Shown: one piece after another, positions 62,845 through 64,000 of the stretch
How the letters are laid out: the number at the start of each line of letters is the position of its first letter
Numbering within the stretch: position 1 is the first letter of the stretch
NCBI GenBank assembly: GCA_016618085.1
Contig: JABLTG010000003.1
Location: 248,001 to 312,000 of the forward strand
Direction of reading: 5' to 3'
From: Neovahlkampfia damariscottae
Taxonomy: Eukaryota
Length of the DNA: 64,000 nt
Position numbers and translations under genes: made by a program
Notes under the pieces: generated by a model
Told to the model about the DNA's origin: nothing
Databases searched by the model: none
What the model saw: the letters and a program-made list of their open reading frames with translations, nothing else

Positions 62845-64000
62845 TTAATCTTCATCTTCTTCAACTCTTGATGAGATAATTTGTTTGTTTTCTTCAATTG
62901 GATCAATGTATTTCCATTTCCATAAGAATCCACACTCTGATGCACAAATAATTGATTCATTTGAAATTTTACAATCATTAATTGGCAATTCAGATTTTTC
63001 TTGATTTAATTCATGAAATAACTCAAAATTTTGATTTTCATCAAATTTATAAATTGATAAATTACCCTTTAAAAATGTATCAGATTTCCATGTTTTTTTT
63101 TTTTTACTCTTTGATTTCCAACCAACAAATAATAGTTGTTTTTTTCATTTTCATTTTTGAATGATTTCAAATCAAAATTACCAATTTCGTCATCAATTTT
63201 TTTAAATTCTTCAAATTGTCCATTTTCTAATTTCCCAACTATAATCTCATTTTCATTTTTCAACAATAAAATATCATTCAATTTTAAGATTGATTGGATG
63301 GATAATTTTGAGTCATAAATAATGAATGATTCATCTTCAAGTTTGGATTCTTTTTCATTGAAATTCCAAATTCTTAATTTACCATTCGAATGTCCTGAAA
63401 ATAATGATCCATTTTCATAAAACTATGTTTGAGAAAAAATTTTTAGTACAATTGATTTGCATCCTTGTGTTTCAATAGTTTGAACTAAACTATGATTTTT
63501 TGTATTGAAAACTTTAATTTGATTCAAAGAAGAAGAAAATAAAAACTCTTCAAAACCTACAATTTGATGAACTTTATCATGAGCTGATGATGAAAAAAAA
63601 ATAATTTTTCTTACGATAAACAGCAATAACTCTTGAATCGATAATTGATAAAATTTGAATTAAACCTTTGTTTTTAGATATAATTTCATTTACCATCTTG
63701 AGTTGAACCTGCTAAATATTTTTCACTGACCCACGAAAGAGAATTAAATTTCTGACAGGTTTGTGTTAAATTTTTTTTTTTTTTTTTTTACGCTTCCTTT
63801 TGATATGTTTGTTTTTATATTCACAAAATGAGATATTAAATCTAAATGTGATCCAATGTGTTCATTATCATAGATGTTTATTTGATTAGAACCTATTGTT
63901 GATATTAAATTTTGATGTTTTGGATGAATTTCGATTTTTATAATGTCCTGTTTGTGATTTTCTTTTATAACTTTTTTCAATTTTAAACTCTTTAAAGTTG
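62845..64000 (-). CDS. WD40-repeat protein (EED/LRWD1-like), 5'-partial
   Basis: KVIKENH...NLISTIGSNQINIYDNEH and LFSGHSNGKLRIWNF. Five short introns; stop at 62845-62847. Confidence 0.7.

Noticed and set aside
1..64000. Alternative genetic code, stop readthrough, frameshifting or non-canonical (AT-AC, GC-AG) introns as the cause of ORF fragmentation
   Set aside because: Every break traced in conserved genes resolves with a short GT-AG intron. Only 28030-28220 remains unresolved.

Overview
Very AT-rich, extremely compact eukaryotic (protist-like) nuclear DNA using the standard genetic code. About 37 protein-coding genes can be rebuilt by hand from the ORF fragments using tiny GT-AG introns (about 27-46 nt). 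Most are housekeeping genes: formin, EFR3, Nup155, LETM1, RPC82, ABCE1, DHX37, MMACHC, bL27m, Rogdi, three aminoacyl-tRNA synthetases, Sec61-gamma, adenylate kinase, a DEAH-RBR helicase and BLTP2/Hobbit. The window also holds one dispersed 5S rRNA gene and an intron-containing tRNA-Asp(GTC). Main observations: (1) a candidate non-autonomous Helitron-like element (A|TC...hairpin-CTAG|T, with a Pif1-like helicase tail) in the largest intergenic gap; (2) a CCAAT/ATTGG motif within about 50 nt of most start codons, including a 33-bp head-to-head spacer; (3) stop codons overlapping AATAAA, and convergent genes only 3-12 nt apart; (4) near-pure poly(A) introns with no pyrimidine tract; (5) a tandem pair of apparent Ras-fold pseudo-GTPases; (6) an OSCA/TMEM63 channel with a PSI-like ectodomain; (7) an unannotated 78-aa dually acylated microprotein. 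The lineage cannot be determined from the sequence; a heterolobosean or amoeboid protist is only a guess. All family calls come from motif recognition by eye, not database searches.
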